Notes under the pieces: model-generated
Databases searched by the model: none
Told to the model about the DNA's origin: nothing
What the model saw: only the letters and a program-made list of their open reading frames with translations
Assembly: GCA_964016885.1 (NCBI GenBank)
Contig: OZ024740.1
Coordinates: forward strand, 117,180,001 to 117,244,000
Reading direction: 5' to 3'
DNA: 64,000 nt
Source: Eledone cirrhosa
Lineage: Eukaryota
Position numbers and translations under genes: made by a program
In this document: piece by piece, positions 25,486 through 40,088 of the stretch
Position numbering within the stretch: the stretch's first letter is position 1
Layout: the number at the start of each line of letters is the position of its first letter

Positions 25486-25844
25486 ATTTAAAGAAATAAC
25501 ATAAAATTGAATTTCGCCACAGCATATTGTGACATATACCCTCTTTACAAGGTAAATGGATAATGGAACTTAAACCATTTGGCAGATTGGTAACCAGTTA
25601 CTTAGCAACGCACAGTTTCATTATTTGGTCTTTCATTTATAATAACTAAATTTTAGTTTTATTTAACTCATAACATCTTGTAATGATTCAGCAGAAAATA
25701 CTTACAAAAGTTTATATCTTTAGTATTGGACAGTTGGTTGTGAAAATATGTAGTAAACTAAAGCAGTAGTCATAGTGCTATTTTTACTTTTCAAGAATGG
25801 CCTGCTAATGTGGTTTCATGTAATACAGCATGTGAATATATCAT

Positions 25845-26205
25845 TGTTTCAACTTTTGGCACTGGGTCAGCTATTTGAAAGGAAGGGGGAAAGTAGATTA
25901 CATCGGTCCCGTGAGGATAAATCGCAAAGCTAACATCGGTGGAATTTGAACTCAGAACATAAAGGGCCATAACTGTATACCATAAGGCCTGTCTGACGCT
26001 CTACCGAAACTGTCAATCCACCAACCTACAGAACGTTAATACAAAATTGTTTCTACTTTTGGCACTAGACTAGATATTTGAAAGGAAGGAGAAAATCAAT
26101 TAAATCGAACAAGTGGTACATTATTTTATCGACCACTGTAAAGGTGAAAAGCTAACATCGGCGGGATTTGAACTCAGAATGTAAAGGGACATAACTATAT
26201 GCCAC
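25845..26205 (-). mobile_element. Two tandem degenerate SINE copies
   Basis: Two GATTTGAACTCAGAA B-box segments with the family tail. Confidence 0.7.
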
Positions 26206-28419
26206 ATCTTATTTGCACTTATTCTATCATTATTTGTATTCATTCTCTATATTATTTGAATTCGGAAAAGTGATATAAAACATTGAATATAGTTACAAAA
26301 TCTTGAGTAGCGATCTAGGATTTTTATCAACGTAGCTGATTTAATGTCATATCTCACAATCCATGTTTCATGTAAAATGTCATTGTGATTTATAAAGTAT
26401 TCGTTCTTTCATCTGGTTATAGCTCTTTCTTCATTTGTCTTTTTCTTTTAAACAATATTATTATTTGAACAAAGAAACAATATTTTATGAAGTGTTTAAC
26501 AACTCTGAATTTTGAATGTAAGCTAGCTTAGGTTTGAGAGTTGTAACAGCTACTAGAAGCTAACATAATTTCAAAATTGTTATTTAAGTTTATTGTCTAA
26601 AAATATGTATTTCCGCAATTAATTAAGTATCCATATTATTTGTTCTACTTCTAGTTAATTAGATATATCAAATGATTCATGATATGAATTTAATTTTTAC
26701 TTAGTTATGAAAGAGTACTTCGTGAATGTAATTATTTTTATAATTAACTAATGAAATAATTCTAGAATAAACCATTCAATTATTTCTATAATTAGCTAAT
26801 TAATTATTTATAATGCAATAACAATGTTTTGGATGAATATGATTATGCAAATTTATTTCTTAATCATTTAAATATTTCAAAATGATGAAGAAAACATTTG
26901 ATATTGTGCATGATTTTTGCTCGATCTCCTTCGTATGAGAGAATTGCAGTGGTTGTAGAGATACACAACAAATACAATTTATTTCAGTGATATCTGATCA
27001 GCTCGCCTTCTCATCCTAATGCCCCACCCATCTAGAGATGCACTTCCTTTACAATGGGGTCGACGCTAACACCCACTCACAAACCGGCGCCCAGAAAACG
27101 AAATCAAATAAATAAACCGAAGACCTTCGAAATACCTGAAAACAAACACAGATGCGTTTCTTTTCTGGATAAGTTTAGACTGGTTTGTTTTGTTGTTTTT
27201 ATAATCTTATAGTTTATTGTTCTATTTTAGTTCTTCAAGCAACAGTAAAGAGATAGATGCGTGAATACATAGAGAAAGAAGTAACAGAGAGAAAGAAAGA
27301 CAAATAGCCTGACACACACATACGTATATATATATATATATATGTGTGTGTGTGAGACTGGCTGTGTGTGTATATACAGACAAATTTTTACACCCCCCCC
27401 CCCCCCGCCCATATATATATATATATATATATATATACCTGCCAATAGAATTATTGTTTGTGTTGTGAATGTCTTATAAAGTAGGCTAACGCGTTAACGA
27501 TAGCTGTTGGCCAAACATCTTGTCAGTTATATCCACTTCCTTATTATATATAACACATTCCCATTTATAGATTAATAGAAGGCGTATGAAGGAATAACTG
27601 AATGCAATGACATTTATAGAGTGCTACATACAGCTGTTAAATTTACCAACGACGGACAGTGACGGTGTAAACGCCTCATGCTTTACTGATGAGGTCACAT
27701 TAAGACTAAAACATGTCAGTCTGAAAATAATTATACATCATGCAATCACTCAGTTCTTCCAATTTATCCAGGCTCATTTGTTTTGTTTCGTTTTTTCTTT
27801 CTAAATATAAACAACAGATTGTAATAATTTGCCAATACGTTTGTAAGAATTTCCAAATTAAGAAGTAATATCATGTATACCTAAGCAATAGGATAAAGAA
27901 AAATAATAGAAATATCCGTTGGTTTATCTACGTTTATTTGATTCTAAGGTTTTTCCTTCTAGATTGAAAGAAAAAGAAGTATATCTAAACAAAGAGAAAT
28001 CAGAGATATAGGATATGTGGATATTGTATGAAAACGTCATTCTTTTTTCGTTTAAAATATAGTGATAAAATATAGTGAAAAAATATAGTTTCTAATTTAA
28101 ATGTAATACAAATATATCAAAGGAATACGAAATAAAATATTCATTGTTTGGTATTAATATGTCAGACAAACGTTTTGTGAACATTTCAGAGCGAAATCCG
28201 CCAAAACGATTTTTAATCACTATTCAAGTTTTTGTTTTATTTATACTGATAAATAACTTGACGAAGATATAGACGTCATTGCAGTCAACAAATTAATTTT
28301 AATGTAGCTGGCTGAGTATTCCACGAACACTTGTACCGTTAGAATAATTCTCAGGTGGAATGAACGGGACACACTGTGAAACATGACTAAAATCTATCGG
28401 ACAGGCTTCCCCAATTATC

Positions 28420-28570
28420 CGGGGCGTAACATGGCAGAGTGGTTAAAACGACCACTTTGCAATCCCACTATGAAGGATCATAAGCAAGCACATTTTACAT
28501 TAGCTTCGGGTCGACCCTAAACCTTGTTGGTGAAATTGAGTTAGACAGACATTACGTGGAAGGTCATCGC
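28420..28570 (+). mobile_element. Second tRNA-derived SINE family (degenerate)
   Basis: TGGCAGAGTGGTTAA head and CGACC..AACCTTGT..GTGAA tail, related to 55455-55605 and 61255-61410. Confidence 0.5.
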
Positions 28571-30519
28571 TGGATTGTTTCAGTGACATAAGGAGTGACA
28601 ATGGTGGAGAATGTGAGTTGCGTGAGTGTGGATTATGCAAGAGTATGTGGTATGTGGGTTGTGTCAGTTTATTTATTGATGATTATATATAATATGTGTT
28701 TTCGGTCGACAGTGTAATCTATGAGATCCGCTATTGTGTCTTGCCTATATGTGGGCTGTCGCTAGCAGGGCTACTTTTTTAAATGTGTGTAGATTTGCAT
28801 ATACCGGTGCAGTTTGTATGATTTTGTTCTTTCTTAACATACTTAATATTCCGATTATTATTGATATTGTTTTTAATTTAATATACCACATTCTACTTGT
28901 TTTAATTTCTGTATTCTTATAATTTGGTTGCCAACCCCATCTAATTTGAAGCGATATTTCTTCTATCAGAGTACGTTTTTTTTCTGTCGTGACCTTGATA
29001 ACTATATCTTCGACGGTTTGTTTTTACCCCATTGTCATTCTGGACAGTTGATTTTAGAGTACAGTGTTAGGTACATGTGTATACCACTTCTCAGTTTCCC
29101 TGCAGAAATCTCGGCAGATAGATGCTGACTCGATACATAGTGTGTACGTAATATCAACCCGTATTTTCTTGCATAGTTTTTAAACGTTTATTCGTTGCTA
29201 AAATCAAACTTTCTGTTTTTTCTTTTGGTCTAGATGTTTTGAACCTCTGATGGGTTTCATATTGACTCTACCTCCGCCCTTTCTATGAATCTGCTAATTA
29301 TTGTGGACCTACATGTGACGCATTTTTAAATAGTACGGCTTCTCACATTCGCCGTCGCACTTTCTTTGTTTTTTTTTTCTTTTAATTAAATAAAGCTGTA
29401 AAACTTTTATCGCCTTTTTCCATACGAAAGTGCATTATCTAATGTAACAGGGAAAACTCTAACCCCTACTGCTATCATTTTTTTTTCAACCTTTAGGGGA
29501 CCTGACGTTATGCCTACACTAAAACATCGACATACATAGGCACTTTTATATGTGGCTTCAACATACGCGGCGATTGAATTAAGATACAGACCCATTTATA
29601 TATGCAGTGCCTCAAAATTAAGGCATTGCATCTGCATGACCGGAGACCAAATAATGCTATATATATTTTTTCTTGTTATTATTAATATATTTTTTATGAT
29701 ATATAGGAAGAGATAAACAGAAATACGCTTTATAATGTTCAGGATATCATTATTTTTGCTGATGTAGCGCTGATAAAATTGTAAGTTGTTTTAAATATCC
29801 CGAAATAATACTAAGAGATTAGCTTGAAATGGTAAACAGTTGTTTCTCTGTCTGTGTGATGGCGGCGGTTGTGGTGATAGTGGTGGCAGTGTTGATGGTG
29901 ATGATAGTGATGTTGATGGTTTTGATGGGGGCGGTGTTGTTTGAGGGTGTGTTCATAGTAACAGTGTTGTTGTTGGTTGTGATAGTGTTATTAGTAGGGG
30001 GGTGATAGTGATGAAGGTGTTGGTTGGGGTGGTGTAGTGCGAATAAAACTAACTCAAAGAATATAATAGTAAAACTTGATGGGTTGCTATGATTAAGCAT
30101 AATAACATTTATTATGGCAGTATCGCTTTAATTAAAGAGAAATACTAAAACAAGAACATATTTCTTTCTGTTTCAAGAGCATATAATTATATAGATGGTA
30201 GATTCTTTGACAAACATTTGAGATTTATATAGACACAATATTACTAGTAATAAATATTAAAAAATATACATACATGCATACTAACATATGTATGTATCTC
30301 CCATTTCCTCAACAGCTGTTATAAAATGTCAGCAAGTTACTACCGTCCTATGTGGCATGATGTCATAGTAATAACAATATACAGAACCATATGCATGGAA
30401 GACTACCCAGATTGATATATCCAAATGCTGATGACACCGAATTCATAAGGGCATTAGGAAGTGTAAAATAAAATATTTCAGTTAAAATGTTGATGCAAAT
30501 ATATATTGATATCTACCTT

Positions 30520-31480
30520 AGCCAAAAGGCCACAAGGTTTGGGAAAGACAATAGTCAGTAGCAACATTATCCAAAATATCCAAGCTCTGTACAAAAATTC
30601 AAACAGTATCATTCTGTTGAATAACAACGGAGAATTCTTCATTGCAACAGTTGTAGTTCGTCAAGCTTGTCTCCCCAGCCCAGAACTTTTCAACAACATC
30701 CTAGAAATCCTCATACAAGGGGCACTATGAAAATTCCATACCTCCATTTCCATTGGAAAATGACTACATTTCAGTCTGCATTTTGCTGATGATATCAATG
30801 TACTGGGAAACAGTGACACAAAACTCCAGGAATTCTCTATCAGCATGGGAAGAGCATACGGAATGACGATTATTTCAGAAGGAGCAAGATTTTGACCATT
30901 AAGCATAACCAGAATGAAACCTGAAGAGGTGGAAAATTGTAAATAGCTAGGGTTCATTTTAATTAAGGACAACAGCTCGATAAATGCGTTGAAAAGAAAG
31001 CTCGGTCTAACCTCTTCTGTCGTGACGAAGCTGAAGATCATATGGAAAGCTATTCAACCGGTCTTCCTACAAAGTCCTCTGTGATTTCGCCCGTTCTCTA
31101 TGGGCGCGAAAGCTGGGAAATTACTGCCGACATGAAATGAAGAATCCAAGAGTTTGGGCGCCTGCTCATAAGAAGGCAGCTATATATTCCGTACACGGAG
31201 CACAAGACAAACAGCTCTATCAGACTGCAAGTCAGCAAATATGTTGTCAGGCAGAAACCACTTCTTGCAACAGTAAAAATACAAAAGCTTGCCTTGTATG
31301 AACATGTATTCCAGTGCGACATTCTCTCCAAATCCATTCCCAGGGCGCATTTGTAGGAGGGCGAAGAAAGAGTAAATAAAGAAAATCCTGGTTCGACAAT
31401 AATGCCACTTATGATAGAGAACATAAATAAGTGGCGATTTCTGACTGTCAGACCGTTTTAAGTGTCATCCCCAACGACTG
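30520..31480 (+). mobile_element. Degenerate LINE RT fragment (RTE-like)
   Basis: IQALYK...VRQACLPSPELFN, LHFADDI, PVLYGRESW. Confidence 0.8.
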
Positions 31481-32917
31481 AATGGAGCAGTTACAATAAG
31501 ATGATGCAGGCATTATTTAGTTATGTTTCCTTAAGCTGAGAAAAGTATCATATATAAAATGTATTTCGAAGATTCGAATCTGCAGCCCCGATTCGATTAC
31601 ACCTAAATCCGTTTAACTTTGATTATGCAGTTTACGTTTTCATGAATAATACAAACGCCTCCCAAACATATTATGATAAGAAATATATATATTTTAATAA
31701 TGAGATGAGTCGTGACGTACTTTCAGAAGGTAATAGATTGTGGAGACGATTCACAAAGATTTTATGTGATTTTTAATGAAAATACCCGAGTTCGATGGCT
31801 TAAGAATAGTTTTGGTGTCATGGATGAAGTAAGCCATATCATAATTCTAGAATGATATAAGCTGTGTAAATTCGAATGCCTTTTCTACGCAATTTGAACG
31901 ACTACGGGCTTGTTTATTTCATTATCCACCAAAAACTGAGGTGTTAAATAAAATGTTATTATACAAATATTCTAATTATTTGTCAGTAACTCATTTCTGA
32001 AGATTATAACAAAGACAAGGGAAGCGCTGGAGAAAAGAATCTAATTTTGAATGTTTTACACTAACTCTAATTTAAACGGTAAGCCAGACTTAAAACATCT
32101 GACACTCAATTATGATGTATTATGATTGATTACAGACTGTGCAGACTACTATATACCACAAACTCTATAGTTTATTTGTTCTGATGCTAAACTCAGCTGT
32201 TGACGAAAATGACAGGCAACTTAATTAACACAAAAAAAGAAAACAACAACAAAAAAAGATGTTCTTAGAAGCTATATCATTAGTTTTAATGTTGTTATGA
32301 AGATCTTATTATAAATATATCATGTATTTGAAACCTATCAATGGTTTTAGTGTAGTTCTCTTTTTTACATATTGAACATTTTTGTTTGCTACTTTTTCAT
32401 ATGTTTTGCATTCCTTTTATGTTTGTTTTTGTAGGTTGTTGATTAGGGTTTTTCTTGCAAGTGAAATGCTTTGCATTCGTTTGATACGAATATCTTATGC
32501 ATATGTAGGTGTATATATCCTCTGTGCGTTGTTCAAATTCAAAATAATGAGGTGAGGTGTTAGAATGATAGAGTACATTATATACTTATGTCAACAATTT
32601 CTTACATTTTGCAGTGAATAAGACATTTTCGTACAAGAAAGCTAATTTCCTGTTCATGTAGTTTCTCCTGCCCTATTATATTCTTGTTGTGAATTTAAAA
32701 ACATTCGGTACATGAGTGAGACCTTCACGTACAAGTATTTCAAAATGTAGAGTTCTTCTTCACTAGTAAGTGAGAGATGATAGCTAAACATCCAAATTCT
32801 TTGCGAATGACAAATATTCTTTATAAAAACTAGTATAATAACCGCTTTATAATTTAAAAATACACTCATCACTTTCATACATATGAATTTGTCTGACCGT
32901 GACGGATATATCATAAT

Positions 32918-33102
32918 AATTGTTTCTATTTTAGGCACAAGGCCAGCAATTACCCAGTACATTACTGGTACTTTATTTTATCGACCCCGTAAGGATGAAA
33001 GGCAAAGTTAACCTCGGCGGCATTTGAACTCAGATCATAAAGGGACGTAACTCTATGCTTCAAAGCATGGTGTCCGACTCTCTACCGATACTGCCAATCC
33101 AC
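32918..33102 (-). mobile_element. Deu/Nin-core SINE
   Basis: Full reverse-complement copy. Confidence 0.9.
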
Positions 33103-33273
33103 GACAGTTCAGATAGGGCACAAAAATAGAGCATTTTGTATTAAAGAACATAGGAATATTTCTATAAATTTTACAATCCATCTACGTTAAAGGAACTATA
33201 CATACATACATGCAAAACCACATGAACATATGTTAAACATGAAAGTACATTTAAGATGCATATAGAAACTAAT

Positions 33274-33393
<120 letters not shown>

Positions 33394-33891
33394 TGTATAT
33401 ATATATTTTTGCGTGTGTCTGTGTGACTGTGTGAGAGTGTGCGTGCACATGCGGCGCGTGTTTTCGTTACGTGAACGTATGTATAATTACGCGCGTATAT
33501 ACAGACATATACAGACATATTTATATAATCAGATTTCAAACATACATAGATACATACATACATTAACAAAGATGCTTGCGTTCACCTAGATGTAGCCAAT
33601 GCTGCTCACCATGAGTCAAAAACACGTGCATACAAAAACGAACACCCACCGCCACCACCTTCACTACCACCACCACCACCACCACCACTAACACAACCAT
33701 CACCACACACACTCTCATCCATACACCTACACCCAAAAGCACAAATGCATAAATATCAACAGTATTAAGTAAATGCATATTTGAAAGTATGTTCAAATTT
33801 GTAAATCAATGTATGACTATGAATATGTACCAGTCATCATATTTCTTATGTTGCCTTGTTTTTCTTGCACGTGCGACTCGGCAAGCTCGTG

Positions 33892-33948
<57 letters not shown>

Positions 33949-34088
33949 AATATATATGTGTGTATATATATATGTATGAATGTATACATATATATGTGTG
34001 TATCTGTATACATATATATGTTTTTATATTTGTGATAATATATATGTGTGTATACATATATATGTATGTATGCATCTCTCTCTCTCTC

Positions 34089-34197
<109 letters not shown>

Positions 34198-34286
34198 TTA
34201 TTATCTTAATTCCACACGAGGTGTAACTAGCCTTTTAAATTCCCTTTCTAGCATATTTTAGCAGTGATTTTGGTTATTGTGTTTGA

Positions 34287-34368
34287 GCTCTACTGATGAA
34301 CGACTCCACCCGTGACTAACCCCACTGAAAAGTTTCGTGAAATAGTTTTTTTTAAGACTATATAGAGC
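34287..34368 (+). ncRNA. Type I hammerhead ribozyme with stable stems
   Basis: GCUCUA|CUGAUGA ACGA...UCGU GAAA UAGUUUU..AAGACUAUA|UAGAGC, within an island of about 410 bp between microsatellites. Confidence 0.85.
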
Positions 34369-34606
34369 ATTTGAAGATTTTTCCAAATTTAAGGATAAGT
34401 ATTTACCCTTAATTTTATTCTGGTTTTTTCCCTGGATTACACAAAATCTGTGGTTAAAATCTTTGTCTTGACTTTTTTTTAATTGGGATTGAATTATTTT
34501 CCCATATCTTACGTTAAATATTTTCTATCTTGACGTAATAGTCACTTATATGTATGAATTACTGTTGGTTTCTTGCTCACATTAATTTCTCTATTTTCAT
34601 TTATAT

Positions 34607-34731
<125 letters not shown>

Positions 34732-34766
34732 GGTAAAAAACCGGGAGGGCGAGTTCTATATATAGT

Positions 34767-34896
34767 TAGCTCCAGAACAAATTAGCCAACCATACTCGAG
34801 GACGCGCGTTTCACCGGATGGATTTTCAACGGTTTGAAAATCCATCCGGTCAAACGCGCGTCCTCGAATATGGTTGGCTAATTTATTGTGGAACTA
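34767..34896. repeat. 63-bp-arm palindrome containing the 3' half of an HHR
   Basis: Arms 34767-34829 / 34834-34896. GAAAC GCGC GUC on the minus strand at 34798-34812. Confidence 0.85.
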
Positions 34897-35026
34897 TCAC
34901 TCTTTCTCTCACTCCCCCCCTCTCCCTCTGGCCCTCTCTCTCTCTCTCAAAATAAGCTTTAGAAGCTGGTAGTATCGGTGAAACTTGAAAGTAAACCGTC
35001 ACTATTGATAGTATATTAATAGTATA

Positions 35027-35100
<74 letters not shown>

Positions 35101-35573
35101 ATAATAGTGTGTATGAAATCATATACTGTATGTTTATAACTTATAAATATATGGTAGCCTCACTATCAAAGAAAAAATATTTTTTCTCATTGAACACGTC
35201 ATAGATTTTGTCAGTAGCGGTCGAAAATGCCAGAGAATGGCCTTTCAAGATTCGATAATCTTTCATCGGTGAGCTTCTCTCAACCGGTACTGACACGGAA
35301 ATAGAATAGAATCTTTATAGATTTTGATTGATGAACATTTGTTGGGGCTACTCATTTGCATATAGTGTGAACTTAGCTGGGTGTAATTAATACGGATGTT
35401 TCTTTGCAAACGAGTGATGCATCTGATCGTCTGTTCCGAGGAGAGGATGCCACGTTGGCTGTGACATCTGTGACAGTAACATTTACAAAAAAGAGTGATA
35501 CGTTCCATCATCAGAGGGAAACAACAGGCCAACGACGAGGCAACTTGTTGGTAACTGACTCAATCAATGTTAC

Positions 35574-35618
<45 letters not shown>

Positions 35619-35649
35619 TGCATATATATATATATATATGCATATATGC

Positions 35650-35680
<31 letters not shown>

Positions 35681-35689
35681 CATATATAC

Positions 35690-35731
<42 letters not shown>

Positions 35732-35756
35732 GCATATATATATATATATGCATATA

Positions 35757-35790
<34 letters not shown>

Positions 35791-35794
35791 TATA

Positions 35795-35864
<70 letters not shown>

Positions 35865-35886
35865 TACATATATATATATATGTATA

Positions 35887-35957
<71 letters not shown>

Positions 35958-36178
35958 ATATATATATATATACAAAATTAAGATAATCAAAATTATGGGT
36001 GTCATGCCAGAAAGACATGCACCATATCACCCGCAAAATAACCTCTAAGATTCTAACGAATAAGTCCGAGTATTTTATAATCAATTTCTAGTTATTATAT
36101 ATATATATATATATATATAGATAGATAGATATATATAGAGACATATACACGGATGTGTATGATAGTGTATAGAAGATT

Positions 36179-36558
36179 ATATTAATAAGAGGAATTCCAA
36201 CTTTGTCTGATTTACTCGTTTTTTTACAATCCTTTAAAATTTATAATGGTATTATAATGAAATAGTATGATAGAATATTAAATTCTAAGTGTTAATTGAA
36301 CAAGTACTTTCATGCTTTCGCAATCTTCAGGTTCATAATGTGTGGTGACAGTCAAGTTTGCAATTTTCAACAGTTGAAAATTGCAAACTTGACTGTCACC
36401 ACATATTATGAACCTGAAGATTGCGAAAGCATGAAAGTACTTGTTAAATTAACACTTAGAATTTAATATTCTACCATACTATTTCATTATAATACCATTA
36501 TAAATTTTAAAGGATTGTAAATAAAACGAGCAAATCAGACAAAGTTGGAATTCCTCTT

Positions 36559-36565
<7 letters not shown>
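36179..36565. repeat. About 190-bp-arm foldback palindrome (centre 36372) with an HHR in each arm
   Basis: HHR GAAC|CUGAAGA U UGC GAAA GCA U GAAAG UA CUU|GUUC at 36298-36334 (minus) and 36410-36446 (plus). Ends at (TA)n. Confidence 0.93.
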
Positions 36566-36594
<29 letters not shown>

Positions 36595-37030
36595 CGTGTG
36601 AATGTATGTGCGTGTGTGTGTACAAGGAATCAGGTGGTGAATATATTTCTAATGTCTTCGTATATACATGGTTTCTATTTATCTTCATGACTACATACAT
36701 AACCGGGTTACTTGGTAACCTTTTGTTTCTCTCTTTATTTTATTTTATTCTATTTATTTCTTTTAGCATGACATGAAAGAAAGCGGAATAGCATTGTTAC
36801 TGCATACTTCCTGTTTTTGAGGCAAGCCGAGACAGAGTTCTTAACGTTTATGAAACAATATATGTATGTAGTTTCATATCCCATAACAGTGTTTGGCGCT
36901 GTTGAATCCTGTTCAGCAAACAAAAAACAGAGACAATTTTTGTCTTATCAGTTGATAACTTTTCTTCAATTTCCTTTCGCGAATCATAAGCATATACACA
37001 CATACTCATTTACACACCAGTAACCCCCTC

Positions 37031-37148
<118 letters not shown>

Positions 37149-37239
37149 GTAGGAGGTGAGTTTTATTGTAGTACAATAAAGCAATGCAGATATCGGATAA
37201 GTAGCACTCTACAGTTTGTAGGACTGGAGTATAAATAAT

Positions 37240-37582
37240 ATATAAGATCAAAAGATGGTTAAAAGAGTTCCATGTATTTTATTATGCGCATTTCAAAAAC
37301 AAATATCATCATGCGATGACATTTGCGTTTTCGTCAGATAAAATAGGGAGACATGGTATGAAGGTTAAAAACACTTGTGAATAGTGCAGTTTTAAATCAA
37401 CATAATTTAAAATTTGATCAACATATGTTGATTTAAAACTGCACTATTCACAAGTGTTTTTTAACCTTCATATCATGCCTCCCTATTTTATCTGACGAAA
37501 ACGCAAATGTCATCGCATGATGATATTCGTTTTTGAAATGTGCATAATAAAATACATGGAACTCTTTTAACCATCTTTTGAT

Positions 37583-37590
<8 letters not shown>
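37240..37590. repeat. About 165-bp-arm foldback palindrome with an HHR in each arm
   Basis: HHR UAUUUUAU|CUGACGA AAACG...CGUUU..GAAA UG(C/U)GC AUA|AUAAAAUA at 37484-37554 (plus) and 37275-37345 (minus). Confidence 0.93.
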
Positions 37591-37627
<37 letters not shown>

Positions 37628-38069
37628 GTGTATGTGTATACAAAAGCATAATTTCGCATTTACAGATTTTGAATGTATGTATGTGTGTGTGTTTAATAGT
37701 ATTTTAGTGCTGTCATCGTTGCCTAAAGGCAACACAAGTTGATAAATCTGTAATGGTCCGATCAACACTTTCTAAACTCGGTATACCGAATCGGACGGCA
37801 ATAGCCACAAAATGGGGGAAGACTGACGTTTTCAAGTTGCAGCTACCCTATCACCTAGTTACTATATAATAAAGCTAATATATGCCTAAATACAATTGTG
37901 TCTCAGGTATTACAAACAAACATTAATATGTTCATTTTGTGGGGTTGTGAATACTTCAAATATTGTGTTTGAAGTAGATTGTATAAATAGTTACATGAGT
38001 AAATTTATGGATTTATTAAAAACTATTAATTAGCACTAACAGTTTTCTGTATTTAAAAGAGTTTACATG

Positions 38070-38650
38070 TTGAAAGCGCGGTGCTTGGATGTAAGGTCTT
38101 GAATTTGATTCTTGACGTTGTGTTGTGTCCTTGAGGAAAACACTATATTTCGTGTTGCTCCAGTCCTCTCAGCTGTTAAAGTATGAGTTGCACCTTTGAT
38201 TTAAAGGGCCAGACTTATAATACAACCTGTCGCGCTAAATCTCCCTGAGAACTATATTAAGTATACGTGCCTCTGTGGAATGCTCAACTCTTGCGTGTTG
38301 ATTTAAGAAGTAGACTGTTCCATTGTCGAATAAGCTGGATGATACGACGTCGGAACCGACGCGAAATATGCATGTGATAAATATGCATTTTAACTTTTAA
38401 TGCAGTGGCATGAGCGCCTTTCTGGCATACAATATGCCTTGAGAAATTTAAACTTAACGGAGCTAATCCCTCTTCTACAGATAGAGAAAGGGGTCATCCA
38501 GTACAATATTGGTACGTTATTTATCTATATCGAAAGTATGAAAGACAAAGGTGACCTCTACAAGATTTGATCTCAGAACGTAGATAGCCGGACCGAATAC
38601 TGCAAAGCAGTATATCAGACGTTTTAACGGCTTTGGCAATTCTCAACATC
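38070..38650. mobile_element. Degenerate SINE remnants (plus-strand copy about 38070-38360; Deu/Nin-type minus copy about 38490-38645)
   Basis: GTGTCCTTGAG..AAACACT motif and GATTTGATCTCAGAACG. Confidence 0.55.
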
Positions 38651-39188
38651 TGTTTCTCTCGAGATTTCATATCACAGTTCCATTCTCTAATCTCCATATA
38701 TTTGACTTTTGAAAATATATGATTTCTAAAACAATTTTGACTTGTATTTTAGACCTAGAAATAAGTAATAAGAAAGAATTAAAAAACAAAACAAAAAAAA
38801 ACGTATTCTTCCGATACATACACACACATATATACACAAATATACATGCGCACACGTTCACACCCATGCACATGCACATACACATACTTACACAAACACA
38901 CACACATACAGACACGCACATGCATACACACACGCACATGCATACACGCATACACGCATTCAAAGAGAAAAACGTACAGGCATACACACGTACGCACACA
39001 CGTACACGCTTATACACACACACGTTCAACATATATACGGTAACATACATATACACACGTACATACCTGCTTGTATTGTCTTTGACACTCATCCCTCAGG
39101 GTCGATAAACGTATCAGCCGTAAACTACTGTTGAAATTATTTTCCTTCCCTTCAAAAATTATTTTCAGCTTAACATAATACGGACCCA

Positions 39189-39281
<93 letters not shown>

Positions 39282-39815
39282 ATACCCCCCCCCCACACAC
39301 ACAGATATCACAAATACCTCTATAGATTTGCCTTTGGCATTCATCTCTCTGGTCTGATTAAGTGTCAAAAAGTACACACACGCGCAAACATATTTCACAA
39401 ATACGTATATATCACACACACGCGCATATACTAATTTTATTTTAATAGATGGTTGTAGGCCCACCCAGGCATGTGATATCAATGCGGTTGATGTTCAGCC
39501 TGAACATGTGTAGTTTCATACTTTTAGAGATTACTTGTACGATGAGCGTGGTCGTTTGGTTTATAGTTCTGAATAGAAAAGATGTACGTCTTGCGCAAGG
39601 GTTTCTGGTTTGCAAAAATGTAGGGTTGTTGGGGAAAGAAGGGATAGATGCATTAAGGTGAATTATATATGACAGCTGCTGTTGGTTGCAGAAATAACGG
39701 TCTTATTTATGCATATGTATCATCATCATCATCATCATCGTTTAACGCCCATCTTCCACGCTAGCACGGGTGTGTGTGTATATATATATACGTATACACG
39801 GGTGTGTATATATAG

Positions 39816-39887
<72 letters not shown>

Positions 39888-39912
39888 CTATATATACACA
39901 CCCGTGTATACG

Positions 39913-39955
<43 letters not shown>

Positions 39956-39974
39956 TCGTGTGTGCGTGTATATA

Positions 39975-40060
39975 CAGGGTGTTACAATATGTATACACTC
40001 TTTGATTACCTGTAAAGACAATATTTATTAGAATGGTGTATACATTTTGAGGCCACCCTG
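39975..40060. mobile_element. Tc1/mariner-like MITE
   Basis: TA|CAGGGTG...CACCCTG termini with an internal TGTATACAC inverted motif. Confidence 0.55.
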
Positions 40061-40088
40061 TGTATATATATATACCAAATTATATATA

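Noticed and set aside
35233-35515. Two HHR-like traces on the minus strand (CCGAUGA AAGAUU/AAUCUU GAAAGGCC; CUGAUGA...GAAACAUCCGUA)
   Set aside because: Stem I cannot be formed in either. They may be decayed copies but are not supportable.
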